From a virus: a DNA stretch of 41,689 bases. The stretch is taken from the IMG/VR virus record IMGVR_UViG_3300045988_150364. One strand, written 5' to 3'. Of this stretch, positions 41,645-41,689 are shown one piece after another. The notes under the pieces are model-generated. The model worked only from the letters and a program-made list of their open reading frames with translations. It was not told the DNA's origin and did not search any database. The first letter of the stretch is position 1. Every line of letters begins with the position of its first letter. The translations under genes were made by a program, and so were the position numbers.

Positions 41645-41689
41645 TGGTACGCCCGAGTGGAATCGAACCACCGCACACGGCTCCGGAGG
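41645..41689 (-). repeat. attR core: 45-bp direct repeat (tRNA 3' end on the minus strand, continuing into the tRNA body beyond the window)
   Basis: Identical to 1-45; the window ends inside the tRNA. Confidence 0.8.

Overview
The window is one complete temperate prophage of about 41.6 kb, bounded by identical 45-bp direct repeats at 1-45 and 41645-41689. Read on the minus strand, each repeat is the 3' T-arm/acceptor end of a tRNA gene (GGTTCGATTCC...CCA), so this is a classic tRNA-3'-end integration and the window runs attL to attR. Both arms also carry a 22-bp direct repeat (95-116 and 41508-41529) that looks like integrase arm-type sites.

Gene order, left to right:
- Lysogeny operon on the minus strand: tyrosine integrase, two small membrane proteins, a short ImmA-like HExxH protein, and an XRE-family repressor.
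- Divergent switch region: near-consensus sigma-A promoters and TGTAC/GTACA operator half-sites, then a Cro-like HTH on the plus strand.
- Early plus-strand operon: excisionase-like HTH; ERF/Rad52-like annealing protein; HNH-like protein; DnaD-like replisome organizer whose coding sequence contains ACACAA iterons plus an AT-rich tract; a protein built from about 24.5 tandem 18-bp DNA repeats (hexapeptide repeats); a frame-split C5 cytosine methyltransferase; DUF1064-like nuclease; YopX; and many small Cys-rich proteins.
- Three phage tRNAs: Lys-UUU, Ser-UGA and Ser-GCU.
- Late operon with a T7-like (podovirus-type) structural module: TerS, TerL, portal, scaffold, major capsid, proteins sized like T7 tubular A/B and gp13/gp14, and three tail-fibre genes. 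The first fibre has an unmistakable T7 gp17 N-terminal adaptor domain.
- Lysis cassette: holin(s), a single-domain Amidase_2 endolysin and a u-spanin-like protein, which points to a diderm, low-GC host.
- Two very large probable ejection/polyvalent proteins: one with an M15/LAS peptidase motif, one of 1527 aa with an HEIGH zincin motif.
- Right-end moron region: an AT-rich, opposite-strand, membrane-anchored J-domain protein and several secreted or Cys-rich small proteins.

The most striking finding is in the third tail-fibre gene. A 395-bp segment is flanked by perfect 30-bp inverted repeats (27737-27766 and 28162-28191). The repeats encode ENSTGFTIQW exactly in frame. The segment carries two divergent alternative fibre C-termini arranged tail to tail, the architecture of the Mu G segment or P1 C segment, yet no invertase gene is present in the prophage.
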